In this document: positions 9,854 through 19,144 of the stretch, in pieces
Numbering within the stretch: position 1 is the first letter of the stretch
Layout: every line of letters starts with the position of its first letter
Assembly (NCBI GenBank): GCA_958296065.1
Contig: CATQHX010000006.1
Coordinates: 23,531 to 87,530, forward strand
Direction of reading: 5' to 3'
Origin: Vicinamibacterales bacterium
GTDB lineage: Bacteria; Acidobacteriota; Vicinamibacteria; Vicinamibacterales; UBA8438
Length of the DNA stretch: 64,000 bases
Program-made: the position numbers and the translations under genes
The notes under the pieces: model-generated
The model's input: the letters and a program-made list of their open reading frames with translations, nothing else
The model's database searches: none
Told to the model about the DNA's origin: nothing

Positions 9854-10141
9854 TGGGTACACGCTGCTGAGTTGCTGATCGGGTTGACCGTGTACTGGCG
9901 TGCCACCGGCTTCGAGCGCACCTTGGCGAACATAATCGAAGCCGGCGGCGACACGGATACGAACGGGGCGGTTGCCGGCGCTCTGCTCGGCGCACGGTTC
10001 GGACTCGAAGCGATTCCCCGTCGGTGGCGTGACCGGATCACGGACATCCGCGCTGGGCGAACACCGATGGAGTCGTTCGCGGATCGCCTGATGCAGGCTG
10101 ACCAGACTACGGCCTCCCCAGACCGGGAGCGCAACGGTTGA
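9854..10141 (+). pseudogene. C-terminal fragment of an ADP-ribosylglycohydrolase (DraG/ARH family)
   Basis: Only the last ~95 aa of ORF 9434..10141 are family-like: IIEAGGDTDTNGAVAGALLGARFGLEAIPRRWRD (GGDTDT metal-binding motif). The upstream part of the ORF reads across the tRNA fragment and is not protein-like. Confidence 0.55.
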
Positions 10142-10142
10142 C

Positions 10143-10835
10143 ATGCCGCACACATGGAAGCGCGCGCTTGATGAATACCGATACCCGGTCGACCTGCGGA
10201 AGTTCGCCGGGGCTCCCGAACACGACGGTTGGTTCGAACTGAACATCTGCCCTGGCGATCCCCTTCAGACGATGGGATTCGAGACCCGATTCCGAGGGCA
10301 GGCATGCCAGCATCCGGAGGCATGGGCTGAGGTTCTGTTCTGGAAGCTCTACTCTGGTCGCCTCGGAATCGCCGACAAGCACACTCACGCGATGTTCAGG
10401 CAAAATGTCCCCGTGGCTGAACTCTGGTCGACGTGCGCGAACTACATTGAGAACCCGAGCCGAGACACGTTCAGGACGTTCAGGAAAAAGCTGTTCAGGA
10501 GTCCCGTGGTGGCGACGGCAGCCACGTTCCCGGCGTTCATTTGCCCTGCGAGGTTCCCGATGGTGGATGTCCACGTTGCGAGGTGGGCCCGCACGTCCGG
10601 CACATCGCACGCGTCTTCGGGCGGCCGCGCCCAGCTCATCTGCCCTCCCGAATTGAGGCCCGGACAGGTTCTCAGCGAAAGCCACTGGCCGTTTGTTGAG
10701 TCATGGATCGATTGGTGCCGGTCGACCGCGTGCGAGCTGAGCCGGCGCACCGACGTCGTGTGGCGCGCCCGGGACGTAGAGATGGCGGTCTTCACGGCAC
10801 AGCGGTGTAGCTTGACGCTGAATCCACTGGCGTAG
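10143..10835 (+). CDS. hypothetical protein (230 aa)
   Basis: ORF track. The ATG lies 1 nt after the preceding stop and 11 nt before the Abi_C gene. Composition is non-shadow. No family recognised with confidence. Confidence 0.45.
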   Translation: MPHTWKRALDEYRYPVDLRKFAGAPEHDGWFELNICPGDPLQTMGFETRFRGQACQHPEAWAEVLFWKLYSGRLGIADKHTHAMFRQNVPVAELWSTCANYIENPSRDTFRTFRKKLFRSPVVATAATFPAFICPARFPMVDVHVARWARTSGTSHASSGGRAQLICPPELRPGQVLSESHWPFVESWIDWCRSTACELSRRTDVVWRARDVEMAVFTAQRCSLTLNPLA

Positions 10836-10846
10836 CAGGAAGAGCA

Positions 10847-11605
10847 ATGGTAAACGAAGAAGACCTTCCTGAATCCATCGCCGAACGAGCCAAGGTAGTG
10901 GAGAATATTTTGGTCGACGCGGCAACTGGAGGCCCCCTGGACGAAGACACGTATGGGCATCTGCGTACGGAGCTCATGCGCGATCAACAAATCAAGAGTC
11001 TGCTACCAGAGTTTGTCCGCACCTGTCGAAGACTCTCGACGTTCTGGCCGCTTATCAAGAAGCAGGCGTCAACCTACGCCGAGCGCCGCCAGATTATCGG
11101 TGAGGCCTTTACTCCACTTCTCGACTATTTGGAGGGCCTTGATAGGGCGCCCAGCGACCTGACTACGTCAGACACGCTGGAGGTATTTGACGCCGAGCAC
11201 GTATACGCGACGTGGTCAAGAGCGCTATCGCGCAGAACCAATGACCCAGAGGGTGCGATCACTCTCGCCAGGACCTTGTTGGAAGCCGTAGCCAAACGTA
11301 TTCTCGACGAGCATTCGTTGGAATATGGTGACGATGACGACCTGCCGAAGCTGTACGGGAAGGCAGCAAGTGCACTGAATCTTGCCCCAAACCAGCATGC
11401 GGAGGAACCGATCAAACGGATCCTGGGTGGCGTGATGACGCTCGTAAACGGCATCGGAACGTTGCGCAATCGTCTGTCTGATTCGCACGGGAGAGGAGGA
11501 GCGTTGCGGGTGCGTCCGTCCCAACGACATGCGAATCTTGCGGTGAACGCGGCCGGAGCCGTAGCGACTTTTCTCGTGGAGACTCACCGCGAGAGAACGA
11601 AATAG
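10847..11605 (+). CDS. Abi_C / AbiJ-like HEPN-domain abortive-infection protein
   Basis: The C-terminal region LVNGIGTLRNRLSDSHGRG...RHANLAVNAAGAVATFLV matches the Abi_C signature (Rx4-6H HEPN motif). Local GC is lower than the surroundings. AGGAAG lies before the ATG. Confidence 0.7.
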   Translation: MVNEEDLPESIAERAKVVENILVDAATGGPLDEDTYGHLRTELMRDQQIKSLLPEFVRTCRRLSTFWPLIKKQASTYAERRQIIGEAFTPLLDYLEGLDRAPSDLTTSDTLEVFDAEHVYATWSRALSRRTNDPEGAITLARTLLEAVAKRILDEHSLEYGDDDDLPKLYGKAASALNLAPNQHAEEPIKRILGGVMTLVNGIGTLRNRLSDSHGRGGALRVRPSQRHANLAVNAAGAVATFLVETHRERTK

Positions 11606-13388
11606 TGCCAGCCAGAAAACCCCCGTTTCGAGCGGAATTCTGAGACGAGTTCATTGATCGTGGACATGTTTTCGGGGGGCGAATCCGATCGCGAGGGAGG
11701 CAGTCCGGCGAGCTGCGGGCAGCGAAGAGCAGAAGATCAGCCCGGACGCCCTATTCCAAGGACACTAACACCCTGCCGTCTTGCGACGGCTCGCGACCCG
11801 GTGGTCTTGCAAGAACCGGCTGAGTCAGGCGACGCGTTGTCGTCGTTTGCGCTCCTGCTTCTGCAGAAGCAACCCGATGCGATGCAGGTTGGCCGCCAGC
11901 ACCGACAAGGCAACCGTGCGCGCAAACCCATCCGCGCCATGGCTTCGAACACGGTCGAGTCCGCGATGCTCCAATCCATTGATGGCAGACTCGACCGCCG
12001 GGTGCGCACGCCGCGCCGCCACAAAAGATTCTTCGGCTTCCCGCTCCTGGTTGGCCTTCGAAAGATATCCTTTGCCCGGCAACGCGTTGACATCAAGCAG
12101 CCCATCGAGCCGGACCCGGTTGGCAGGACTGTGAAAGCCCCGGTCGAAACTGCACGCCCGCAACTCCGGATACAGTGCCTGCGCTTCCTGCACCATCGGC
12201 ACCGCCACGTCCACGTCCTCGCCCTCCCATAGAATCTTGTGGTGAAGGATGAATTGATACTGATCCTCGATAAGAGCGACAGGAACTCCGAGTTCAACCG
12301 GCGTGCCCGCCTTGCCTTTCGAAATCCACCGCGTGTGCTCCTCGAAGATCGAAAAGACCTTCTCCTCGTGAGGAATCGTCTCGTCACGCAGAAGCCGCCG
12401 CTCCACCTGGTCAATCTGGCGCCGGGCGTGAGCGACAAAGCCGGCGATGGAGCGACAGGTGAATTCGGCCGCGCCCTGCTCCCGCAACGCGTCCAGCGTC
12501 GAATCTGCCCGCTCCACCAGCGCCCGGCAGCGCTCCACATACGCCTCCACCCGCTCCGGATGCCGCTTCGCCCGCCGTGTCGAGCGCACCTTGTTGAACA
12601 GCTTCCTGACCTCTCGGGTCAGATGGCGCCACTGACGCCAACCATGCATCCCGTATTTTTCAGCCGCCCGCCCAGTCTCCCGCACCAGACAACGCACGGC
12701 GTCCCACAACAGGTTGACGTCCGTCGGATAATGCGCGTCGGTTTCGACCACGAACGAATCACACCGCCCGCGCAATGGCTCGCCAGGCTTTTTTTTAGCG
12801 ACCTTGTGACCGCTCTCCACCACCAGGCGCCCCACCGCTGACAACAACTCCGGCGTCAACAACGACACGTTGTCCACCACGGTCTGGTACTCGTAGTGCG
12901 TCTTGTCGCCGAAGTCACTGTGGCCCAGGAACGCGCGTATCGTATCGTGATGGTTCGTCAATTCATGAAGACGGTCGAAGTCGCAGCCCAGCCCCTGCTT
13001 CAAGACTCCCAGCACCAGGACCTGCCACAGGTCCATTCCCGGCCGCCCGACCGTGCGGTCCGCCTCCGGCAGAATATGCTCGTCCAGCAGCGCATACAAC
13101 TGCTCGCGCGACACCTCGTCACACCAGATGTGTTGAAGCCCCTTCAACACCGCGGGAATATCGTCCCGCGACTTCGGGTTGATCCAGACCTTGTCGATGG
13201 CTACCTCACCGAGCTGGAGCTGCGACCTGTGAACTTCTCTCATGATGTCAATGCCGCGAAGATGTGCCCGAAGTGGACCGATTCTCGGAAAACTACTCCC
13301 AAGAATACGACATCCCGACGATCTCCGCCACTTGAAATCCGACAGAGATCCCGTAGAATCAATCACTTACGGGGTTTTCTGGCGGACA
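11606..13388 (-). mobile_element. ISNCY-like (IS4/IS5-superfamily DDE) insertion sequence, 1783 bp, intact
   Basis: Imperfect terminal inverted repeats: tgccagccagaaaacccccgt (11606-11626) versus the reverse complement of acggggttttctggcggaca (13369-13388), about 18/21 matches. Flanked by a perfect 8-bp direct repeat cgaaatag (11598-11605 and 13389-13396). Confidence 0.8.
11825..13366 (-). CDS. ISNCY-family DDE transposase
   Basis: 513-aa ORF. N-terminus SQLQLGEVAIDKVWINPKSRDDIPAVLKGLQHIW is as recalled for ISNCY/ISDol1-type transposases. An alternative start MREVH lies at 13243. Confidence 0.75.
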   Translation of the reverse strand: MIDSTGSLSDFKWRRSSGCRILGSSFPRIGPLRAHLRGIDIMREVHRSQLQLGEVAIDKVWINPKSRDDIPAVLKGLQHIWCDEVSREQLYALLDEHILPEADRTVGRPGMDLWQVLVLGVLKQGLGCDFDRLHELTNHHDTIRAFLGHSDFGDKTHYEYQTVVDNVSLLTPELLSAVGRLVVESGHKVAKKKPGEPLRGRCDSFVVETDAHYPTDVNLLWDAVRCLVRETGRAAEKYGMHGWRQWRHLTREVRKLFNKVRSTRRAKRHPERVEAYVERCRALVERADSTLDALREQGAAEFTCRSIAGFVAHARRQIDQVERRLLRDETIPHEEKVFSIFEEHTRWISKGKAGTPVELGVPVALIEDQYQFILHHKILWEGEDVDVAVPMVQEAQALYPELRACSFDRGFHSPANRVRLDGLLDVNALPGKGYLSKANQEREAEESFVAARRAHPAVESAINGLEHRGLDRVRSHGADGFARTVALSVLAANLHRIGLLLQKQERKRRQRVA

Positions 13389-13780
13389 CGAAATAGGTCG
13401 CCGCGATTACCGCTGGCTTGACGCCCACCTTTTCAGATCGCGGCCTGCATGGGCGCTGGATGCGGGAAGCCCGCGACCCGCCCGGTTCGTCCGCGCTAAC
13501 GGCCGGACAAGTTGCGGATCTGCTCTCTCATGTCCTCCCCACCGAGCCGGCCGGCGTGGTAGTCACGCAGTACGCGCGCCGCGTTCGCTCCCGGCAGCCT
13601 CGTCGACCACGATGTTTGCGACGAATGAACGTCTGAGCGAATTGCCGCCGACCGTGGCCCGGATCAGCGTCGTGAAGACCCCGGGCTCTGCCGGTCCGAT
13701 TGCGTTATCCTCCCCGCGAGCCAAGCGCCACGCAACGTGAACCGCGTGGCGGGATCTGGCCCGGAGACGCGAAGCGAGGG

Positions 13781-16700
13781 ATGGCCCCGATTAGCTCACC
13801 GAGTTCGAGTTCAGTCCGCGCACGGGTAGACGGCACCCCGGTGCTGGATGTCTTTTCCCTCCGCGACAGCGTCGTCGACGAGTACAAGCGCTTCGCGACG
13901 TCGTTCACGACGATCCACGCTCAGGACATCCGCGAGCAAATCGAGGCCATCTACGCCGAGCAGCGCTACTGGCCCGAGCCGCTCATCCAGATTAACCCGA
14001 GCTACAAGCGCTCGACGGACGTCGGCGCTCTGGCGGAAAGCGGCGTCGTCGACCCCGGCTCCGTCGACATCTTCCGCGCAGACGGTCGGCCGCTGTCCCT
14101 GTACAAGCACCAGGAGCAGGCCATCGCGCTCGCCGCAGACGGCGAGAGCTTCGTGGTGACGACCGGCACTGGGTCCGGAAAGTCGCTCTGCTTCTTCATC
14201 CCAATCGTCAGCCACGTGCTGAGAGCACGGCGGACGAGTGGGAAACCGCGCACGCACGCCGTTGTCGTCTACCCGATGAACGCGCTCGCGAACTCTCAAA
14301 TGGAGGAGCTCGACAAGTTCATCGGCCAGGTGCCTGGAGACCAGCCGATCACGTTCGCCCGCTATACAGGACAGGAGAAGAGTGACGAGCGGAGGCGGGT
14401 TGCAGACGACCCCCCGGATATCCTCCTCACCAACTTCATGATGCTCGAGCTCCTCATGACGCGGCAGGAGGAGATCGACCGCCGGGTCATCGGCAACTGC
14501 GCGGGCCTTCGATTCCTCGTTCTGGACGAGCTCCACACGTACCGTGGCCGCCAGGGTGCCGACGTCGCGCTGCTGGTACGCCGTGTCCGTGAGCGTCTCC
14601 AGCCCGAGAACCTGCTGTGCATCGGCACCTCGGCCACGATGGCGAGCGAAGGCTCGCTCGACGACAGGAGCCGCGTGGTCGCAGGCGTGGTCTCGAAGCT
14701 GTTCGGGAGCGGGATCGCCGAAAGCAACGTCATCACCGAGACCCTCGAGCGCATCACCGTTTCGAACGCCACCGCGGATTCGGTGCGGCCCCACCTCGGC
14801 AGGGCCATCGACGCCGGCGTACCCCCGGACATCTCCGATGCGGCGCTCCGGGAGCACCCGCTCGCGGTGTGGGTGGAGACACGTCTCGGCATCTCGTTCT
14901 CCGAGGCCGACCAGCGCTGGATCCGGGCGAGACCCATGAAGGTGACCGAGGCGGTGGCCAGGCTTGCTGAGGAATCCGGTCGAACCGTGGCCGCCTGCCG
15001 CGACGCGTTGCGAGACCTTCTTCTGGTGTCAAGCGTCCCTGAGCGTGCACGGACATCGAACCCTCGTGCAAACGACAAGAGCTTCTTCGCGTTCAAGCTC
15101 CACCAGTTCATCTCGGGCGCCGGGCACGCCTACGGAACGATCGAGCCGCCTGGCACCCGAACAGTGACCGTCGATGGTCAGCAGTTTCTGCCGGGCCACG
15201 CGGAGAAGCGCCTCTACGCGGTGCACTTCTGTCGCGAATGCGGGCACGAGTACCACCCGGTGCGGTTGGTGCAGCAGGAAGGGACCATAGTCTTCCTCGC
15301 GCGTGACATCGACGACGCGCCACCGACCAGGGAAAACGATGCCGAACGAGACGGGCACGAGAACGAGATCTTCGGCTTCCTGACCCCGCACCCGCCCAAC
15401 GATTCGGATTTCACGTTCGCCGACCGCGACGAAGACTACCCGGAGACGTGGCTCGATTTCGACGCCGGCGGCAACCCGCGGCTCAAGTCGTACTACCGCG
15501 ACGCGCGCGCCAGGCGCTTCGCTGTCGCGCCCGACGGGCGCGTCGGTTCGGGAACGACGGTGTGGCTCTTGCCCGGCAAGTTCCGACTCTGCCTCCGCTG
15601 CGGAAACACGCAGGGGGGCGCGGCGCGCGATCGCACTCGTCTCGCCTCTCTTTCGGCAGAGGGCCGTAGCTCGGCGACCACGGTTCTCGTCGCCAGCGCG
15701 TTACGCTGGATGCACGGCGCCAAGTCGGGTTTGGGCCCCTACACGCGAAAGCTCCTCGGCTTCACCGACAACCGTCAGGACGCCGCGCTCCAGGCCGGGC
15801 ATTTCAACGACTTCCTCTTCGTCAGCCTCGTCCGCTCGGGCTTTCTCGGTGCGCTGCAGCATGCCGGCTCGAAGGGACTCCGCAGCGACGAGCTGGGCGT
15901 TGCTCCGCAGCACGCGCTCGGCTTCGACCGGCCGGATCCCGAGATCCGAGCCGAGTGGCTGCTCGAGCCCACGCTGCGCGGGTTCAACCTGCAGGAGGCC
16001 GAGGGCACGCTGCGGCAGGTGCTCGCCTACCGCGTCTGGTTCGACCAACGCCGCGGCTGGCGGTACACGAACCCCAACCTCGAGCAGCTCGGCATGGTCC
16101 GAGTGGAGTACCTCGGCCTCGATGAGCTCGCCGCGGACGACGAGTTGTTCGCCGGCTCGCACCCCCTGCTGAAGCAGGCCGACCCCGCTGTCCGGAGAGA
16201 GGTCTATAGCGAGCTCCTCCACCACATGCGGAAGTGGATGGCAATCCGCAGCCAGGTCCTCGACGCCGCCGTCCTGGAGCAGTTGGTCGCGAAGTCCCAC
16301 AGCCGGCTCCGACTGCCCTGGGGATTCGGCAGCGACGAGAAGCCCAGAGGTGCGCGCTGGCTCATGATCGTCGCACCCACTCGCCGGGCAAGCACGCTCC
16401 GCGACATGGACCTGATCGTGCGCGGCGGCTCGCGCAGCGGTCTGGGACGAACGCTGCGCCCGACGCGCCTCTGGGGCGGCGACCCGACCATTCGAAGCCT
16501 GAGCTCGAAAGAGTTCGACCGGCTCGTCAACGATCTCCTGCGTGCGGCGGCGACGCACGGCCTCGTGTCGGAGGAGAACACGCCGTTCGACCAGCACGGT
16601 TGGCGCCTCAACGACGCCTGTGTCGTCTTCCGGTTGGGCGATGCGCCGAAAGACGGGAGCGGGTCCACGCAGAACGCGTTCTTCCGCGACCTGTACGAGA

Positions 16701-19144
16701 ACCTCGCGAGGATGCTCCGCACCTCGACGCACCCGCTCTTCGGGTTCGAGGCGCGCGAGCACACCGCCCAGGTCGATCCCGACAACCGGGAGATCCGCGA
16801 GAAGCGCTTCCGCTTCGGAGATCGAGAGCGCGGTGAGCTCACCAAGAACGAGAAGGGGCTCCGCGAGGTCGGCGAGAGCAATCGGTTCCTGCCGGTCCTC
16901 TTCTGCTCCCCGACGATGGAGCTCGGCGTCGACATCTCGGCACTCAACGCCGTCCACATGCGCAACGTGCCGCCCACGCCCGCGAACTACGCCCAGCGCG
17001 GCGGACGCGCGGGACGCAGCGGACAGGCAGCCCTGGTCGTCACCTATGCGTCTTCGCAGAGCCCGCACGACCAGTACTTCTTCCGCGACCCCAGAGCGAT
17101 GGTCTATGGCGAGGTGCGTGCGCCGGTCCTCGAACTCGCGAACCGCGACCTGATAGACAGCCATCTCCAGGCGGTCTGGCTCTCGTGCGTCGAACTACCG
17201 CTCGACCCATGCATCGCCGAGCTGCTCGTCCTCAATGACGCCAGGCGTCCGCTCACGCCGGATATCACGGCCGCGCTGAAGGACAGGCGCGTCGCTGAGG
17301 GTGCAGGTAAACGGATTCGGCGTGTCCTCGACCTGGTCGCAGACGATCTCACGCCAGAGCTCGCACCCTGGTACACAGGCCGCGACGCCTATTCGGATGC
17401 TCTCGTGGCGGCGGCGGCGGCGCGCTTCGAAGCGGCGTTCGATCGTTGGCGTGACCTGTTTGCCGCCGCCGAGGAGCAGCGGGACGCCGCGCGGAGGACC
17501 ATGGACGACTACTCCACCCCCTACCGGGAGAAGCGGGCGGCGCAGTCCAGGCACGCGCAGGCGGTGGACCAGCTCAATTTGCTCCAGCGGGGGACGAGCG
17601 CGCTCTCGAGCGACTTCTATACGTACCGCTACCTGGCGACGGAGGGCTTCCTGCCCGGATACAACTTCCCCAGGTTGCCGCTCTTCGCGTACATCCCGGC
17701 GAGTCGGGACGGTCGCGGGCGGCAGACTTACCTTCAGCGTCCGCGCTTCCTCGCGCTTGCCGAGTTCGGCCCTCGCAGCCTCGTCTATCACGAGGGGCGC
17801 GCCTACCGGGTCGTGCGCGCACTCCTTGCACTGGGTCACCGGGAGTCGGCGACACCTGACGCGCAACTGCCCACGAAGGCCGTGCGAATCTGCGCGGGCT
17901 GCGGCGCAGGACACTTCGCCGACGACCTGTCGATGTGCCACGCCTGCGGAACGTCGCTCGGTAGCGCCGACGTCGTGGGCAACACGTTTCGGATCGAGAA
18001 CGTGGCGACGCAGCCGGCCGAACAGATCACCGCGAACGACGAGGAACGCCAGCGCCAGGGCTTCGAGCTGCAGACGACGTTCGAATGGGCGATACGCGAC
18101 CAGGAGCTCGACGTACGGGGCGCGTCAGTCTCCGACGAGGAGGGCGAGATCGTGCGCATGGCATACGGTGCCGGCGCGACGATCACCCGCCTCAACAAGG
18201 GCCTGCGCCGAAGAGCCGACAAGAAGATCCTCGGCTTTCGCATCGATCCGGTATCGGGGTACTGGGCCAAGAGCGAGGATGAAGATGCGGAAAGGGCCGC
18301 ACTCGATCCGACCGCCTCGCCTCGACAGTGGATCGTCCCCAGCGTTCAGGACCGCAAGAACGCGCTCCTCTTCCGGCCTGCCGGTGACCCTCCTTCGGAA
18401 GTTACGCTGGCTACGGTGCAGCATGCGATGCTGCGCGGCATCGAGGCGGTGTTCCAACTTGAGGAAGGCGAGGTGCTTGCTGAGCCGATGCCCACGCGTG
18501 ACGTCCGCAACGGGTTCCTCCTGTACGAAGCCACCGAGGGCGGCGCCGGCGTTCTCACGCGGCTCGTGAGTCAGGAGACGAGCCTCGCCACCGTCGCAAG
18601 AACGGCGCTACGGATCATGCATCTCGGCGTCGGCGACGGTCCCCTGCCCGACTCCACGTCGGGGCTTTCGGACGAGCCTGAAACAGCCTGCGTCGCAGCC
18701 TGCTATCGCTGCCTGATGTCGTACTACAACCAGCCGGACCACGAGAGTCTCGATCGTCGCGACGAGGACGCTCGCACGATGTTGCTTCGGCTGGCGCGTG
18801 CGCGCACGGCCCAGACGGCGCGGACGCAGCCGATCGCCGCTACTTTCACCGGGGCCCCGGGGGCGGTTTCTGTCGCCGTCACCGTATCGCGTGAGGATCG
18901 GTGGCTCGCGGAAGCGGCCCGCCGCGGCTTTCCCGCGCCGGATTCGGAGCCATTCGTGGCAGGCGCCCGGTCCGTGCACTGCGTCTGGCGCAAGCACTAC
19001 GTGGCCGCAGTCATCAACGATGCGGACCGTACCGCTCTCCAGGCGCTGGAAGACCTCGGCTTTGAGGTGATTCGGTTCGAGGATCCCGTGGGCTGGAACG
19101 CGGCCTTCGCACGGCTGGCTTCCGCCCTGGGGCAGACGCCATGA
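13781..19144 (+). CDS. large DEAD/DEAH-box (DExH) helicase fused to a DUF1998/MrfA-type Zn-binding domain (DrmA+DrmB-like or DruE-like)
   Basis: Motif I TGTGSGKS (14165-14185), motif II VLDELHTY, motif III GTSATM, motifs V-VI MELGVDIS...QRGGRAGR. DUF1998 part: ATEGFLPGYNFPRLPL, CAGCG...CHACG, EATEGGAGVL, ACVAACYRCLMSYYNQPDH. Start set at ATG 13781 (GAGGG upstream) instead of TTG 13700. Confidence 0.85.
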   Translation: MAPISSPSSSSVRARVDGTPVLDVFSLRDSVVDEYKRFATSFTTIHAQDIREQIEAIYAEQRYWPEPLIQINPSYKRSTDVGALAESGVVDPGSVDIFRADGRPLSLYKHQEQAIALAADGESFVVTTGTGSGKSLCFFIPIVSHVLRARRTSGKPRTHAVVVYPMNALANSQMEELDKFIGQVPGDQPITFARYTGQEKSDERRRVADDPPDILLTNFMMLELLMTRQEEIDRRVIGNCAGLRFLVLDELHTYRGRQGADVALLVRRVRERLQPENLLCIGTSATMASEGSLDDRSRVVAGVVSKLFGSGIAESNVITETLERITVSNATADSVRPHLGRAIDAGVPPDISDAALREHPLAVWVETRLGISFSEADQRWIRARPMKVTEAVARLAEESGRTVAACRDALRDLLLVSSVPERARTSNPRANDKSFFAFKLHQFISGAGHAYGTIEPPGTRTVTVDGQQFLPGHAEKRLYAVHFCRECGHEYHPVRLVQQEGTIVFLARDIDDAPPTRENDAERDGHENEIFGFLTPHPPNDSDFTFADRDEDYPETWLDFDAGGNPRLKSYYRDARARRFAVAPDGRVGSGTTVWLLPGKFRLCLRCGNTQGGAARDRTRLASLSAEGRSSATTVLVASALRWMHGAKSGLGPYTRKLLGFTDNRQDAALQAGHFNDFLFVSLVRSGFLGALQHAGSKGLRSDELGVAPQHALGFDRPDPEIRAEWLLEPTLRGFNLQEAEGTLRQVLAYRVWFDQRRGWRYTNPNLEQLGMVRVEYLGLDELAADDELFAGSHPLLKQADPAVRREVYSELLHHMRKWMAIRSQVLDAAVLEQLVAKSHSRLRLPWGFGSDEKPRGARWLMIVAPTRRASTLRDMDLIVRGGSRSGLGRTLRPTRLWGGDPTIRSLSSKEFDRLVNDLLRAAATHGLVSEENTPFDQHGWRLNDACVVFRLGDAPKDGSGSTQNAFFRDLYENLARMLRTSTHPLFGFEAREHTAQVDPDNREIREKRFRFGDRERGELTKNEKGLREVGESNRFLPVLFCSPTMELGVDISALNAVHMRNVPPTPANYAQRGGRAGRSGQAALVVTYASSQSPHDQYFFRDPRAMVYGEVRAPVLELANRDLIDSHLQAVWLSCVELPLDPCIAELLVLNDARRPLTPDITAALKDRRVAEGAGKRIRRVLDLVADDLTPELAPWYTGRDAYSDALVAAAAARFEAAFDRWRDLFAAAEEQRDAARRTMDDYSTPYREKRAAQSRHAQAVDQLNLLQRGTSALSSDFYTYRYLATEGFLPGYNFPRLPLFAYIPASRDGRGRQTYLQRPRFLALAEFGPRSLVYHEGRAYRVVRALLALGHRESATPDAQLPTKAVRICAGCGAGHFADDLSMCHACGTSLGSADVVGNTFRIENVATQPAEQITANDEERQRQGFELQTTFEWAIRDQELDVRGASVSDEEGEIVRMAYGAGATITRLNKGLRRRADKKILGFRIDPVSGYWAKSEDEDAERAALDPTASPRQWIVPSVQDRKNALLFRPAGDPPSEVTLATVQHAMLRGIEAVFQLEEGEVLAEPMPTRDVRNGFLLYEATEGGAGVLTRLVSQETSLATVARTALRIMHLGVGDGPLPDSTSGLSDEPETACVAACYRCLMSYYNQPDHESLDRRDEDARTMLLRLARARTAQTARTQPIAATFTGAPGAVSVAVTVSREDRWLAEAARRGFPAPDSEPFVAGARSVHCVWRKHYVAAVINDADRTALQALEDLGFEVIRFEDPVGWNAAFARLASALGQTP

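Noticed and set aside
9434-10141. ORF 9434..10141 as a single 235-aa gene
   Set aside because: It reads straight through the tRNA-Lys fragment. Only its last ~95 aa resemble a protein family (ARH), so it is treated as a C-terminal gene remnant.
13397-13780. Possible gene or integrase remnant between the ISNCY element and the helicase gene (ORF 13418..13636 + and a minus-strand frame ending ...REQIRNLSGR)
   Set aside because: No motif supports either frame. This is more likely the promoter/leader region of the six-gene operon, now displaced by the IS insertion.
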